From Marsupella aquatica (taxonomy: Eukaryota; Plantae; Marchantiophyta), in the NCBI GenBank assembly GCA_973895155.1, contig OZ316898.1, positions 5,009,079 to 5,073,078 of the forward strand: a stretch of DNA of 64,000 bases. Direction: 5' to 3'. This document shows positions 23,524 to 37,283 of the stretch, one piece after another (the first letter of the stretch is position 1; each line of letters begins with the position of its first letter). The notes below the pieces were generated by a model that was not told the origin of the DNA, did no database searches, and saw nothing but the letters and a program-made list of their open reading frames with translations. Made by a program: the position numbers and the translations under genes.

Positions 23524-24715
23524 CTCTCGTCTAGGCTTCCTCGCGCTCAGCAATTAGCACACCGTCTGACTTTCTGTATGAAGAGCCCCGTGAATCAGAT
23601 CTACCAGTTGCTCATACAAACGAGTTCCGGGTTCTATCTATGGACATGCCTTGTTCGTCAAGAAAAAGGGCATCACCCCACACCCGCATGCTGCTGAAGC
23701 ACTCCATACGAAGTCCTCGGACTGAAGTGCGGTACTCCGATTGCTCGAAAGACTGAAGTACTCCTACACCGATAAAGATGCCTCGCGCCGCGATCTACCC
23801 AGAGCTTCCATAGACACGATGCCTTGCTCTTCAAGAAGCACGACATCAAACCAAACTGCAGAGCTGCAGCTCCACAATTATGAAGCAAGTGCTCCAGGCT
23901 CACTAGTTCTGTACTTCGATTGCTCACAAAACACTACAATAAAGTCCTGCTACGACGATGAAAATACCCCGAGCCTCAAGGACTCGAATCTAGGAAAGCT
24001 CACAAAAACAACTTGAGTTCCTTCTTCCATGGACACGATGCCTTGCTCTTCAAGAAGGACGACAACACCCAACCGAACCCAAACCCGCCCTCCAGAGCTG
24101 CGGCTCCATAATTCATGAAGCAAGCGGTCCAACTCAAGCGCTGTACCCTTACACAAACCAAATATTCAATTGTTGGCTGAACTATGTTCAGCTATGTATT
24201 GGGGGCCCAAAAAAAGCCCCCAAGATACTTTTGTCAAAAATACATACAGATATTCAACTTGTACTCCCATGGCACCATTTTGCAAACCCTCATCACATTT
24301 TATGGGAAAGAAAAGCCCGGATAAACGCAAGAGTTGAGAAGATGCTCCGATGGACCCATCAAACCCCTGCCAATGACACAAACCAAATATTAAATTTTAG
24401 ACCTATGGCACTATTTGCATTTTTTCTATTTCCCATGAGAAAGAAAAGCCATGATGGACACACAGATCTGAAAAGATGCTTTTATGGACTCAACAAACCC
24501 ACGGCCAGCACAAAGCAAATATTCAATTGTACTCCCATGGCACCATTTGCAATTTTTATGGTAACCCAGTCACATTTTACGGGGAAGGAAAGGCAGGACA
24601 GACACAACGAGTTGAGAAGATGCTCTGATGGATTCATCGAACAACCCCGCCACCAACACAAACCAAATATTCAATTGAAAATCCCATCACACTATTTGCA
24701 ATTTGTATGCTAACC
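23524..24715. repeat. Compound repeat, copy B (shorter homologue of 7553-9820)
   Basis: Begins CTA(G/A)GCTTCCTCGCGCTC.GCAATTAGCACAC as at about 7558 and continues through the same two unit families. Confidence 0.85.
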
Positions 24716-24746
24716 CTAGCTCATAACATTCTATGAGAACAGTTTT

Positions 24747-25433
24747 TAAGTACATTGCCACTAACAGCTTTTTACTATCCTGTCCCCCAAACTAGCCTAA
24801 TTTCATAATCTACTCCCCAAACAAATTAAATTGCTAAGTTGCCCCCCATTGAGTAGATCCGTTTAGGCATAACCAGTACATGGTCCCTGGTGCCACATGG
24901 CAAGTCGCCACTGGTCCAGGCTAAGCCCTGCCCCTCTACCCCTTCCCCATCGAGGCACTCCCATCGCCGGCCCTAACAGAGCCATCCCGCTCTCATCGCC
25001 GGCCCGAACAAAGCCCTCCCGCAAATGACCCGTTTTTGGCCCCTCGCCTGTACTTGTGAGAACGCTGCCCATGCTTAGCCCGGACCAGTGACGCCTTGCC
25101 ATCATGTGGCACCAGGGACCATGTACTGGGTATGCCTAAACAGATCTACGGAATGGGGGGCAACTTAGCAATTAATTTGTTTGGGGGGCAGGTTATGAAA
25201 TTCGGCTAGTTTGGGGGGACAGGATAGTAAAAAGCTGTTGCCACTAAAGTTGCCTAGGATAATAATACCGACACTGTTTTTTTGTATATAGCTACCTTGG
25301 TGAACTAGTTTTCCATGCAATATTATATTTGTTGTATACTATTTTTTAAATGTGGTAGTATTATAAATACCAAGAAAATAGTCAGTGGCAGTGTCAGTTG
25401 TAATTCCTGGCAACTTTGGGGGCAAAGTACTTA
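24747..25433. mobile_element. Older small inverted-repeat element (about 200 bp) interrupted by the MITE
   Basis: With the MITE removed, TAAGTACATTGCCACTAAAGTTGCCTAGGA...GACACTG is inverted relative to CAGTGTC...TCCTGGCAACTTTGGGGGCAAAGTACTTA (ends 25433). Confidence 0.65.
24765..25237. mobile_element. MITE (Mutator-like), 473 bp, TIRs about 160 bp, 10-bp TSD
   Basis: 24765-24926 is a near-perfect inverted copy of about 25073-25237 (CAGCTTTTTACTATCCTGTCCCCC... / ...GGGGGACAGGATAGTAAAAAGCTG). It is flanked on both sides by TTGCCACTAA (24755-24764 and 25238-25247). Confidence 0.9.
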
Positions 25434-28179
25434 TAAGTTGAATGTTTAATTAATTAATATGAGATCTAGTTTGTGGACACTATTCAAATGCTTGTGAGAA
25501 GCTAGCACATGTTCTCCCACAAAGGTAGTTGGAGCCCATTTTCCATGCCCGGCTTGATCAAGCACTACCCTTGTCTGACCACAGATACAAGCTGACATGC
25601 AAGATCCATTTTTTGCGCCTTATCACGTTGCTTATTACGCAGGCCTCAATGTCATTAGGTGGCACTTCAAGCCAAACATTTCCACCAACCTGTGAGATGA
25701 GCTACCAATTAAGCTCATGAATATATTGGCTTGACAGGCAAGAGGCTTGGTCTAAAAATAATGGTATTGAACACACTTTTGTGTAAGTTGGGCCATTGTT
25801 AGCGGTTGAGAGAATAATAATTATATATATATATATATATATTCATTATGCCTGAACTTGCAATCTCAAATTTCTTTGCCCCTTATGCCATCCTGACCTT
25901 GCACATGTTTGTTTTTTCCTCTCCCATTCCTAGTTCACTGTTTTCTTTTTTCTTTCACTTCAATCTCTTTCGTCTGATTGGTTTGATGAAGGTCATTGGA
26001 AAGTTTTGGCACATCCATTTTTTTCAAATTTATTTAGTAAGTACGTCCCCAAGCTACTGTGGATAGTACCAAAAACATCTCAGCCAAACGGGCTTGAGAT
26101 GACAAAATTATAGCTAAAAAATACTTATGATATATCCTAAGAATGATGCTAATGTACCCCCAGTAGCACAGAAGTAGTATCATGAAACCCCAAAAAGAAC
26201 AACTGGCTAACTTAAAGTACCATTGGCAGGTTAATTTTAAGTGCACAACATCACCGAGAATTATGTAAACACTTGATCTTATTTGTCGATGTAAAAAATC
26301 TGGAGGTCTGCACCTTTTCTTGTGCACAACGTCACCATGAATTATATAAACACTTGATCTCATTTGCTGATGTAAAACATCTGGAGCGGGATCTGGAGGT
26401 GTGCACCTTTTCTTGTGACAGTTCTGCATCATTGCCCTTTGCCCTCTTTGTTAGCCAATGATAAATAAAATGCACCAACGAATCAGATTCATTTCTTCTT
26501 CATATGATTCCCAACTGATTTTCTTTCCATGATTTGTTCTATTCTTCATTTTTTCTCGTGCATTTTTGTGACTGTACTGTATTAACTACAATTCTCATGC
26601 CCCAACCCGTGAGGTGAATGTTGGGCAAATATTAGAAGACTGCCCTCCAAAATTTTAGGTATTCCCAGCCTTTGCACTGAAACATTTACTCTTGAACACA
26701 ATAAAACATCTTTTTGTGTCAAGAATGAACACTGCTAAAAGCATACGGAATTCCCAAACAATCATTTAATGTGCAATTTCAGCATGCACTATCGTATTAG
26801 TGGTAACACTATTCATTGTCGTCAAGTCTTAGAAAACATTACGGATAACACTATTCATTGTCATCAAGTCTTAGAAAACATTACGGGTAACACTATTCAT
26901 TGACATGAAGTCTTTGAAAACAAACCAACCTTTACCTTACTTGTCACTGAGGTGCTGGGCATCACCTGGTTGGAGAAAAGGCAACAAACCTATACCGCAC
27001 GTTAAATCTATGTCAGCCATACAAGCAGAACATAAACAATATACATGTGGTTCAAACCACTTGATTTGCATATCACAAATATAGTGTATTGGTTTATGTT
27101 CTGGTGTACAGAGTGCATTAACTTGACATAGATGTAACACGCGGTCGAACCTACTAGGCCATTGCCACTAGGCTGCCCTGGTATTTGATTATCGATGAGA
27201 CAATGATTAATGTCATTGCCACTCTATGTACCACAAGCCCATAATATTTACTAAGAAAGTGACAAAAAGCCTTGTCGGGAGCCTTGCAAACATGGTGACA
27301 GCATGCCAAGCCATGTATGAAGAGGCTTCTTGTGTTCCATAATCCCCCCCCCCCCAACCCAACATCAGTTGATTGACTTGAAACAAACTAGATTAAATCG
27401 CCACTAGCCATGACAAAACCTGGATCCACCTGCCTGCCACCATAGCTTTTTCCTGAAGTCATGGAGCAGACTGCCACCATAGAGGGAAGGAGTTAATCCA
27501 ATGGGGAAAAGGGGGGAAGCCTTCAACACTTCCTCCTCATAGCTACACCTTTCTAATACTTTGCTATCTTAATTTATTGAAAATTATATAAAAATGATCT
27601 TATCATATCTCATTGGAATTTATGAAGATATTCATTTGAATTAAAGTATAGAAAAGAAACTTATTGGAAAGTTACTGTAAAGAAATACAGGAGCAACAAT
27701 CCTGGACGTGGTACAGGCCATAAGTTTTTTTTAAATTAACTTCTACAATAAACAGTTGCGCCTTTTTATAGCCTGGTTGTCATTTGAATTTGAAGGGCAC
27801 AAAAATTAAAGAATCTACCAAGAGAAGGAATAAACCAGAATTATATTATATTTGGTGTGAAGTAAAGAGTGACACGTTTTCCAAGCAATAAATAGAGGGG
27901 AATGCCAGGAATGACATTGCACAATTATGAGTATTTTATGGACCATCTATGTATACTACTTTATGTACCATCTAGGTATAATACTATACCCCATGATAAT
28001 CTATGTCATACGATTGATTATAAATATTACATAGTGTAATAAAAAATATCAAAACCAAAAAATAGTACAAAAGCGGTAAAAGAGAGGGGGGGGGGGGGGG
28101 GGGGTGGGGTGGGGGATAAAAAATAAATGAAAAATAGAAAGCCAAAAAGAATTTTTAGCTGGTGATACTTTGTGGTTGT

Positions 28180-29118
28180 TGTCACTCATTTTTTGCCCCA
28201 TGACATCTTTTACTAGATAACATTTTTTGGGTAATTATATCTTTTATTATTATTTAGACATGTTTTGGGCAATGATATTTTTTACTTAATGATATCTTTT
28301 GAGCAAGAAATTTATTGGCATTTTTTGCACATCTTTTCCTTAACGATATTTAATGCAAGGACATCTTTGACATTATAATAACACTTTTTACTTGACAACA
28401 TCTTTTACTTGATGACATATGTTTTACTTCACAGCAACTTTGGCAACATGATTTCTTTTTACCTGATGATATCTTTGACATAACAACATCTTTGGTGCCC
28501 CGACATCTTTTTACTTGGTAATATCTTTCACATAATGACATTTTTTTACTTGACAATATCTTTTTACTCCATGACATCTTTGGATACATGACTCCTTTTT
28601 TTCTGAACAACATCTTTTTACTCCACTACTTCTTTTTAACGCCATCTTTTTACTTTGTGTCATCTTTGGTGACACAAAATCTATTTACTTCACGACATCT
28701 TTGGCAACTTGACTTTTTTTTAACGACATCTTTTGTGCAACGCACAGGTTTTCTTCACAACATCTTGGGCAACACGACATTTTTTCTTAAGAACACCTTG
28801 GGCGACACAATATTTTTTTCTCAAGATGTCTTGGGAAACATGATATCTTTTTTCAACTACATATTGGCCGACACAATATCTTTTTCCTCAAGGACATCTT
28901 GGCCGACACAACATCCTTTTCTCAACAACTTCCTGGCAAACATGGCATCTTTTTTCTCAGCGACATCTTGGCCGACACAACATCTTTTTTCTCAACGACC
29001 TCTTGGCCGACACAACATCTTTTTTCTCAACAACCTCCTGGCCGACACAACATCTTTTTTCTCAACCAAATCTTGGCCGACACGGCATCTTTTGTGCAAC
29101 GCACGGGTATTGAGCTAG
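28180..29118 (+). mobile_element. Non-autonomous Helitron-like element (3' end defined, 5' end not found)
   Basis: A GACATCTTT-rich tandem tract (about 36-bp units near its end) terminates in TGTGCAACGCACGGGTATTGAGCTAG|T, which fits the Helitron subterminal hairpin followed by CTAG before a T. Confidence 0.65.
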
Positions 29119-29907
29119 TTAAAGTAATAAAAAGAATGTCAAAAGCTTCATGTGCAGGATAACTGGGCAGCACAGTGGTGGAGGTCTTCCGCCTTCCACC
29201 TTCCACCGTATCTGGTGGGTAGGGGGCTCCAGCCCTAGAAGCAGCAATTATTTTATGTGAAGATTATTTTCATGGGCTACATTAGAAAAGAATTGTGGGG
29301 AGGACAAGAGAAAAAAACTGAAAAACAAAGGACTTGGAAAATTAAACAAAAAACATATACAGAGGTCTTAAAATAAATTCAACACTGATGGAATAACAAG
29401 GAAGACAACCCTCATATGCCAAAATGAAAACTAAAATATAACCAATTAAAAATGCACCAGGGAGACTGCAATAGAGATGCCCCATATAGCAGCATCAAAT
29501 CAAAAAAATTAATGTATCTACATGGCTATAGGCGGTTTAAGCATAAATTGTCCACCATCACCTTTTATGAAAAAGAAAAGAGAAAAAAAGACTTGCTGAC
29601 ACCATACTACAGTAGTTCCATCCCGGTTAACTTTTGGGCCTGACTGAAAATATATTTTGGGGTCCTGGTGCAACCTAGAAAGAATTTTTCACGTGAATTT
29701 TAAGCAGATTCTAAGCACTACAGTAAAGAACAAGAGCCAACTGGAATTCACCGGCGCTCCATCGCTTTTCAAAAATGGAAAAAAAAAAGAGAAAAAAAAG
29801 GAGAACGAGAGCCAAGCCTGCAAGCTGGGAAGTCATTGGTCGATGAGAGCGGGAAAATACATAGAACTACGCCCAGCTATACATATAACAATACGAGTAC
29901 GAAGATC

Positions 29908-32900
29908 TTACAATAGCCAGGGTGGGGGAGGTATCCGGCTCAAATCTGGGCGAGGTTGAAACCATGCAAAAGGATCTTCGCTAAAAGATGCAAAAGGATC
30001 TTCGCTAAAAGAATCTTCGCAAGGAACTGCTGGGAGTGGACGATAACGAATGGGGCTGCTTCGAGCCGAGTCCATGGCTTCACCACCCCTACTTCTCCGG
30101 TAACACCTTCCTCGATCTAATGGATAAATGCCGAAATCCACATCACTTTCCCATTCTGCATAATTACTCTCCCATTCTTCATAACCAGTCTCTATCCAGC
30201 CCAATGTTCGCAGTTCCGAATCACCTAGGAATGGACAACCATCAACACGCAGCAGAATCCTCTCCGCGGAAGCTTTGTGGGAGGACCGCCCCGGTTCTGT
30301 TTTCCTTGTCTCGATACTTCTGTCTTCCTGAGGCGCGAGGTCCTCTCCCCAACGATCTGGTACATTCTTCAATCTCCGGCAATCGTAAAGTATTACTCGT
30401 CTCAGGGAGGAAATGCGCCCTAAGCAGTCCGGAAGGGTCTCTATCCTGTTACAAGATAGCAGCCACAGAATTTCTAGAGATGACAGGTTACCGAGTTCTT
30501 CCGGTATACTGCTTAGGCTCCTTCCGTCAATCGTCAGTATTCTCAGTGACTGAAGCAGCCCTATGCTCTTCGGGAGGGCTTCCAGGCGTTCGCCATCCCA
30601 TATGAATAACGTTTTAAGAGCCTTGAGTTCTCCAAAGTTTTCAGGCAGTGTTTCGAGCTGCCGCAACTGTGTCAGCCTAAGTTCTTCCAAAGACGAGAGC
30701 ATACCAAAACTCGGAGGCAGACTTTCAAGGCGCGTAAGCCAGTCAAGCCGCAGATATTTGAGTGACAATAAACTCCCAAACGAATCGGCCAGCTCCCCCC
30801 GTCGACAATTGTCACCAGGCGATTCTGAAAGCTGTAGAAACTTCAGCATTTGGCACATATACATACTGAACTTTGTCAGAGATGTGAGGCGCCCAAAGGA
30901 TTCCGGCAGACTTCTTAGCCGGTCACAGCAACGAATCTCTAATGTCGCCAGGGAAGAGAGTTTCCCCAAAGACTCCGGCAACTCCTTAACGTTGAGGTCG
31001 CCTAATTTCAAATATTTCAGGGCCCGGAGGTGACCAATCGAATGCGGCAATTCCATTATTTTTAGGCCCGATAATACCAAGCTATTCAACTTGGATAGAT
31101 CCCCCAAATTCTCTGGGAGACGGGAAAGTCCTTTGATACGGTCAAGCCGTAAAATCCGCAATTCCGTTAACGTTCCCAACGCGCCGATAAATTGCTTTGG
31201 GACTGTGCACCATGCGAGTTCTAGGACAGCTAAATTGTGCATTCCCCGCAGACTAAACGGCGCGAAACTTATTTCATTCCATGGGAATTCCCATATCAGT
31301 ACGGAAAGATTCATTGGAAACTTCCTGGCGAACCCTTCAGCCGCAACCTCTTTCACATCCAAATATTTCAATTCTTCCAGCTTATCCAGAGTTTTTGACT
31401 GAAGCGTCGTCAGCTCATGAGAATAATAATAATTCCGCTCTATTATCCGCAAGTGTTTTGTCTCGGGTTTCACCTGATGACACGTGAATCACACAGGTAA
31501 GCGTTTTCAGATTAGTGCAACTACTGAGAGGGAAAGCGGAGGAGACGAGAGTTTCTCATGCAACTAGATTCTAGATTCTGCGCCATAAGTAAGTATGAAT
31601 AACACAAGTGGAATATAAGGCAGCCGAGTATAATCTACAAATTTTTGGCATTCATTTCTTTCAATTGCTCATTAGGAAACCCCGCTTAATTTTGCCACCA
31701 AGTCTCTGGTTCGTACTTACAACATTCAGATGGCATTCATTTCTTTCAAGTGCTCATTAGGAAACCCCGCTTAATTTTGCCACAAAGTCTCTGGTTCGTA
31801 CTTACAACATTCCGAAGATCCATTCTGACTTCGGGTTCACTGGACAACGATACTGTCCACCCCTTCGAGAGACGTTTGGCCAGATCACGCAGGTGCTCGT
31901 GCACCCATATCTCACTGTAGTCCTCATCCATATCTGAGGCTCTCCTACAGGCGCTTTCCTTCACCATGGATGTACTGAGCAACCTATTTCAGGATATACG
32001 TGAACTTCCATAAGCAGTGCTCCAAGCTGCGAGGGCTTGCTCTACACGTTGCCCAAAGAAATACGTCCCGGCTTCAATGAACATGCCTTGTAGGTCACTA
32101 TCAAGGCCATCATAGCTCACTTTCAAGGACGACCACACTTCGTCATCCTGCCGCCCATACACACATTTCGCTTTTCCAAGCTTCTCTATTGTATCCTCCC
32201 ACACCTCAGCGTTAGTCTTGTGATGCCTGAGATAGCGCCCCGTTACTTCCAACGTCAGTGGTAGCCCGCCGCATTTCCTTACCACTCCATCCACATTCAA
32301 TTGCAAGCGATGATTTTCCTGTATGAGATGGTGTGGAATTTCGTCTTCCCCAAATGCATGTCGGCAGAAGAGCTGCTTTGCCTCGTCATCGATGAGAAAA
32401 TCAACGTCGTAGATGTCAAAGGTTGGAAAAACATCCAAAACGCCTTGATCGCGACTTGTAATGATCAAACGGCTACCTTCCCCAAAGAAATCCAAATTGC
32501 TTAACCGTTTGATTTGTGTATGATGAACATCATCCACGACAAGCAGTGTGTTTGTCTTCTGTAGGTCAGACCACTGAATCTGATTTTTGGGAACTTTAGT
32601 CCCTCGGCGATAGCAATTTTCGAGTAGCTGGTCCTTGAGCTGGTCCTTGTTGCCTTTCACATTCTCAGCAAAACAAGCAAACTCAAAATTTCTAGAGATG
32701 TTGTTGAACACTTCCTTCGCAATTGTCGTTTTCCCAATTCCGCCCATGCCAACAATGCCTACTACTCGTGCATGTGCCACCTTTACTTCAACCTCGTGAG
32801 AACGCTTTTGCAAACCAGTCGGATAGATCGCGACCTCATCAAGTAGCCCCGCTGCCTGCAAAGATAAAACGGATATATCCGAGTCAGATAATGTCAAATT

Positions 32901-35355
32901 GAACTAAGGATGCTCACTTTATCAAAATAATCGCTAATCCCAAAAAGAGAAGGGTGCGAATGATCACATGGATGCACCTCCAAGGACCTCCCAAAATGAC
33001 TACATCATCGTAGAGAATATATCAGGATGGCGAGAGTTGTGCCCAGTTTGCATGATTGTAATGTAGGTTGCTGTCATGCTCAACTGCTATGTCCTGCTCG
33101 GCAATTTTTTTTGTCAATCTTCATCGATACTGTCGGGTCTCGCTTTTTGTCCACGATTGACCATGTATTCAAACCTTATACCCAGGCCAAACAGGCGTAC
33201 ATGATAGTCTATGGAATGGCAGCTACTGCAGAGGGGTTCGTTCGTGTCTGCTGCTGCGCTTTAGGGATGATTCTAACGAACTATCTCCTCTCTCAATCAA
33301 ATCAACCATACGAGGCGATCTGTGCGAGAGTCCTTACTCCCTATAGTACTCATTGTCAGACCGTTTGAGACCGAAGTCATTGCTGATGGTAGTACCGGTT
33401 ACAGATTATAAGCAATGGTATCGCAAGGACTGTATCCTAACTGTATCCTGTCTTCTATGCAATACCGGAAGGTTCCACGGATAAACTCAGGCAACAAGGT
33501 TTCATTGCACACTCAACTGATATTCTTCACGTGAAAACTACAACACAATCCATCCACAAGAAGTGCCCTTGTAGAATTCGGTGGATACACAGGTGTCCTT
33601 GGAAGTAGTTTGCAACACAGCCTCCAAAGCTTTGGTTACAGTGTGCACAGAAGGTGGCTGATAACGATTTAAAAGGAGCTAACCAGAGCATGGTGATCAC
33701 ATGCCATCACAGTCGGAACAAAGAAAGTACATTCGCGGTGCTTGCAATGCTATGGAGGAAAGGTGAAGGCGCATTGATAAATTGGAGGGACAACGATCTT
33801 ACCTTCGGAATGCTACTCTGAATGCTGCGAACGAGATTCTCGAGCTCAGAGTAGCCACTTGACGTTTTATCTTCTGGCTTGGAAATTTCAAAATGGTCTG
33901 CATCCCTGACAGTGAAAGACTGCCCTCCTCTTGCAGATGCCTCCTCGACTACCACCAGACCTTTGAACCGACCCTGCACACCCAGGAAAAGCAGCATTAT
34001 ATCCCTAAGTTACATCATTCTTATGCTTTGCAAAAAACATTCCTTGACAAGAGGTTTGCCAAGATTTGTACAATAAACCCTACTAAGCAAATATATTTAA
34101 CAGCCAATTTTGCTTCTATCTTAACACGGTTGACGAGTCTACTACACACATCTACGAGATGCATGCCCAGCTAGAACATCCACGATTGGGGAAGCCATTC
34201 CGCCGGCCAAGCAATGAACACAAAGCGGGGAGTCAATTCATCTTAGAATATTGCGGATATAATAAGCATTTGCAAAACTTTTGACCCACGTTGCCATACA
34301 CTTTAAGAATACACAATATCCGAATACAGTGTCAACTGAAGATCAAATTGGTCGTCATTGGGATGACGTTCACCTAATTTACTCATTCTACGCAAAAAAC
34401 AACTGGTCAGCAGACACAAAGCTGGAGTTGAAACTATATGTACCGATTGAACAGGGCGACCAGCTCCAATTCCGTGGAGTTGCCATCCATATGATTTGCA
34501 CAAACGATCGAACTCGTGATTAAGCCGTGCTCCTTCTTTGCTCAAAACTCGAAAGTATGACCACAAAGGGTGTCCCTTATCTCCAAATTTCTCGAAAATG
34601 CCACTCCCGTGATGAGGAGTGCTGTAATAGAATATTCCTTTGACATTGTCAAGAAACATTTTTGTCGTCGGATTGGTCAGCTGTTTATGAGCTTGTAAAC
34701 AGAGCTGTTTGATAACCATACCACCAAAGCAATGGCCAACCATTATCACTGGACAGTTCCAATGTTGACCAACACCCGCTTGAATTAGGTCGGATATCAA
34801 ATTTTCGCCAGTAATGTACATGTCCAAACTTGCCTTCAAGTGGGATCGCTTTTTTACGAATCCATCATAAGAAATATACAGGATCTCGGCAGTAGGAAAA
34901 TCTCCAACCAACCACTCTTCAGGCCAAGTGACAGACCTATCTCTACTTTCCCAATTTCGGAAATGAGGATCCGATGAATCATCAAATTGGAGTCCATGAA
35001 AAAATAAAATTTGCAGAGCAGGAGTGCCACGAAGCCTGTCGAATTTGTAGACCGATTCATTCACCTAAGAAAAGCAATTAGCAACATCAGTATGTGCAGT
35101 TAGATATCCACCAAATAGTGTCAGTATCCCGGCAGAAAAATTGCTGTCAACCAGTCACGAAAATAATAGTGATTTAATACAAATCTTACGGTCAAGGTCG
35201 CTCATAGTAGAAAACAGGGTGGTCTACCACACGAACTGAAGCGACATCACACAATTGGGAATCTTGTAGTCTGGACTGGGGACTACCTTACGAGGACTTG
35301 GGGACCCGACTGGAGCGTCTGAAGAGGAGGCAGAACCAAGATGTATGGTCGTCAT
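29908..35355 (-). pseudogene. HNL-type NLR copy 2 with a premature stop in the NB-ARC (pseudogene or LRR-less hydrolase-NB product)
   Basis: Exons: 35355-35287, 35064-34444, 33973-33803, 32855-31806, 31473-29908. TGA at 31991-31989 replaces the Trp codon of copies 1 and 3 (SRIS*NRLLSTSM vs SHLAWASLLSTSM). The frame stays open afterwards and the 521-codon LRR exon is intact. Confidence 0.85.
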
Positions 35356-37283
35356 CTTGTTTTTGCTTGAGATTTGTAAGGACCGTGAAGTATCTCGTAG
35401 GTCCAAGGGAGTCAAAAGGAACCTCTGGGATGTCGATGTCTCCGAGGAAGAGAGAAATGAACGGAGCTCACTAAATGAAACCTGCGACTTTTGAACAATT
35501 CACGGACTCGTCAGCATTGCCGTGACAAGAAAGGCACGGCAGTCAAACAAAGTTGTGCTTGAGATACATTCTTCAAAGCACAAGGCTTTGTTCTAAAGAG
35601 TCACACAGCGAAGAAATTTCACAGAAGTAATCCTAGTCGCATTATGCTCGTCAATTCCAATCAGTGCTTGTAGACTCTCACTGATCCTGTATCATCAACC
35701 GTGACGGAGCCCTGAAAGATTGATTGATATGCTCTAATAGTAAGGGTCTAAAATGGTCCCGTTTCTACTAGTGACAGGCCGTAAGAGTCGCCAAAAGTAA
35801 ACAAACAGGAAGCCGGCTCAGCAGGACATTCAAATAGAGTATGACTTGGACCTAACCTTTTAACGTCGGAATACATGAGAAACGCCTATATTGAGTCCCG
35901 TAGTGCTTAAGAAGATTGTATACATGAGCGACCTGTGCAGCATTATGCTTCAATTGCTTCAAGTTGGAGGCCTCTGAAGTACATACCTTTTGGAAGGACG
36001 TAGCTATCAGCTAGAGGATCCGAGTAGCGGATACCGACGTCAACGTAAGCATCCGACCACTTGGGGCTTTAGTAGATTGATTCATCACGGCCGCCCTTGG
36101 TGCTTGACTGCGACTGTGCAGCAGTCAAATAAAGTCGAACTGTTATCTGAAGGGTTTTTTAAACGCCAATTCAGATATTGGTGACTAATGGGAACGGAAA
36201 ATGAAGAAACTCATTGACCAACAGATCCGTCCTCCCCTGGAAGCAAGGGACAACTGAAATGCATTTGACTACCAATCACCTAACCAGTTGTTGCTAGACT
36301 TCACTCCCCTCCTCTCCTGATGACCTTGCTCTCAACTAAGACAAAACAGCGCTGTGATGGGGACCAAGTAAAATGACTTAAGGAAATCGTGCATGAACGA
36401 AATCATGTCATTCACGATGTAGGCTCGACAGCAGACGTGCAAACATTGATGTGCGGCTCAGTGGTAATCTCTAAACTCACATAGCATCCACAACAATGTG
36501 CTCGAAGAAAGCCGACACGGTAAGTCCATGTCCAGGACGAGTTTCTGCACCACAAATTATGCCAGAGTGACTAAAGACCAGGCTCGGGTCCAAAGACTCG
36601 TTGGGGGTTCACTCTTCAAAGGAAGAGTTAGCCGAAATGCTTTGGAACTTGCACACCCAGTCCCGAAAGCTGCACACCGTTCCTGTACGTGCATGACAAT
36701 CACGTGAAGCAAAACGAAGCTGCCAATAAACCCTCCCCCGCGTCCGCCAAGAGCAGCTGAAACCTCAAGTGTAGAAGTTCCCAAAAGAAAACAAGCTGCT
36801 CTCCTCTCCTCTCAAGCTGACCTTGCTCGAGGAATGCAGAGAAAGTAAAGTTAGCCCTCGCAAGCAAAGACGCCCTTCCCATTAAGGAGCTCCTCTACTT
36901 CACACCCATGCACGTCATCCCTCCACTGACGAACTCGGCTCATGTAACTACGGGGCACAAACTAATATCACACACTTCAGTGAGCACAAAGCTCCGTCCG
37001 ACGAAGTGCAGGATGAGAGCCAGCTCAAGTGTGTACTTTGCAAACTTATTTACCTTTGTATAATATAAGTAGCCAGAGTCTTCTGGGCAACTTCCGTTTG
37101 GACAAACAGAGCTCTGCGCACCTCCCAAGGTCCGTCATAACTCGTCACACCACCCTCATGGCCTCGTACCGAAAACACTTTGAAGCAACCTTCTGCCAAC
37201 ACGTTGGAACGCGTTTCTCCACACGCGTTTCTCTCGTGGACCCGTCCTTCTTCTGTCTGCTTTAATATTTTTAAGGAAGCTAG

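Noticed and set aside
28588-29118. 176-aa Phe-rich ORF (likewise 41213-41869 and 58037-58222)
   Set aside because: These are translations of low-complexity tandem repeats.
30036-31402. Long + strand ORFs antisense to LRR exons
   Set aside because: They are shadow ORFs of the coding strand, with lengths not conserved between paralogues.
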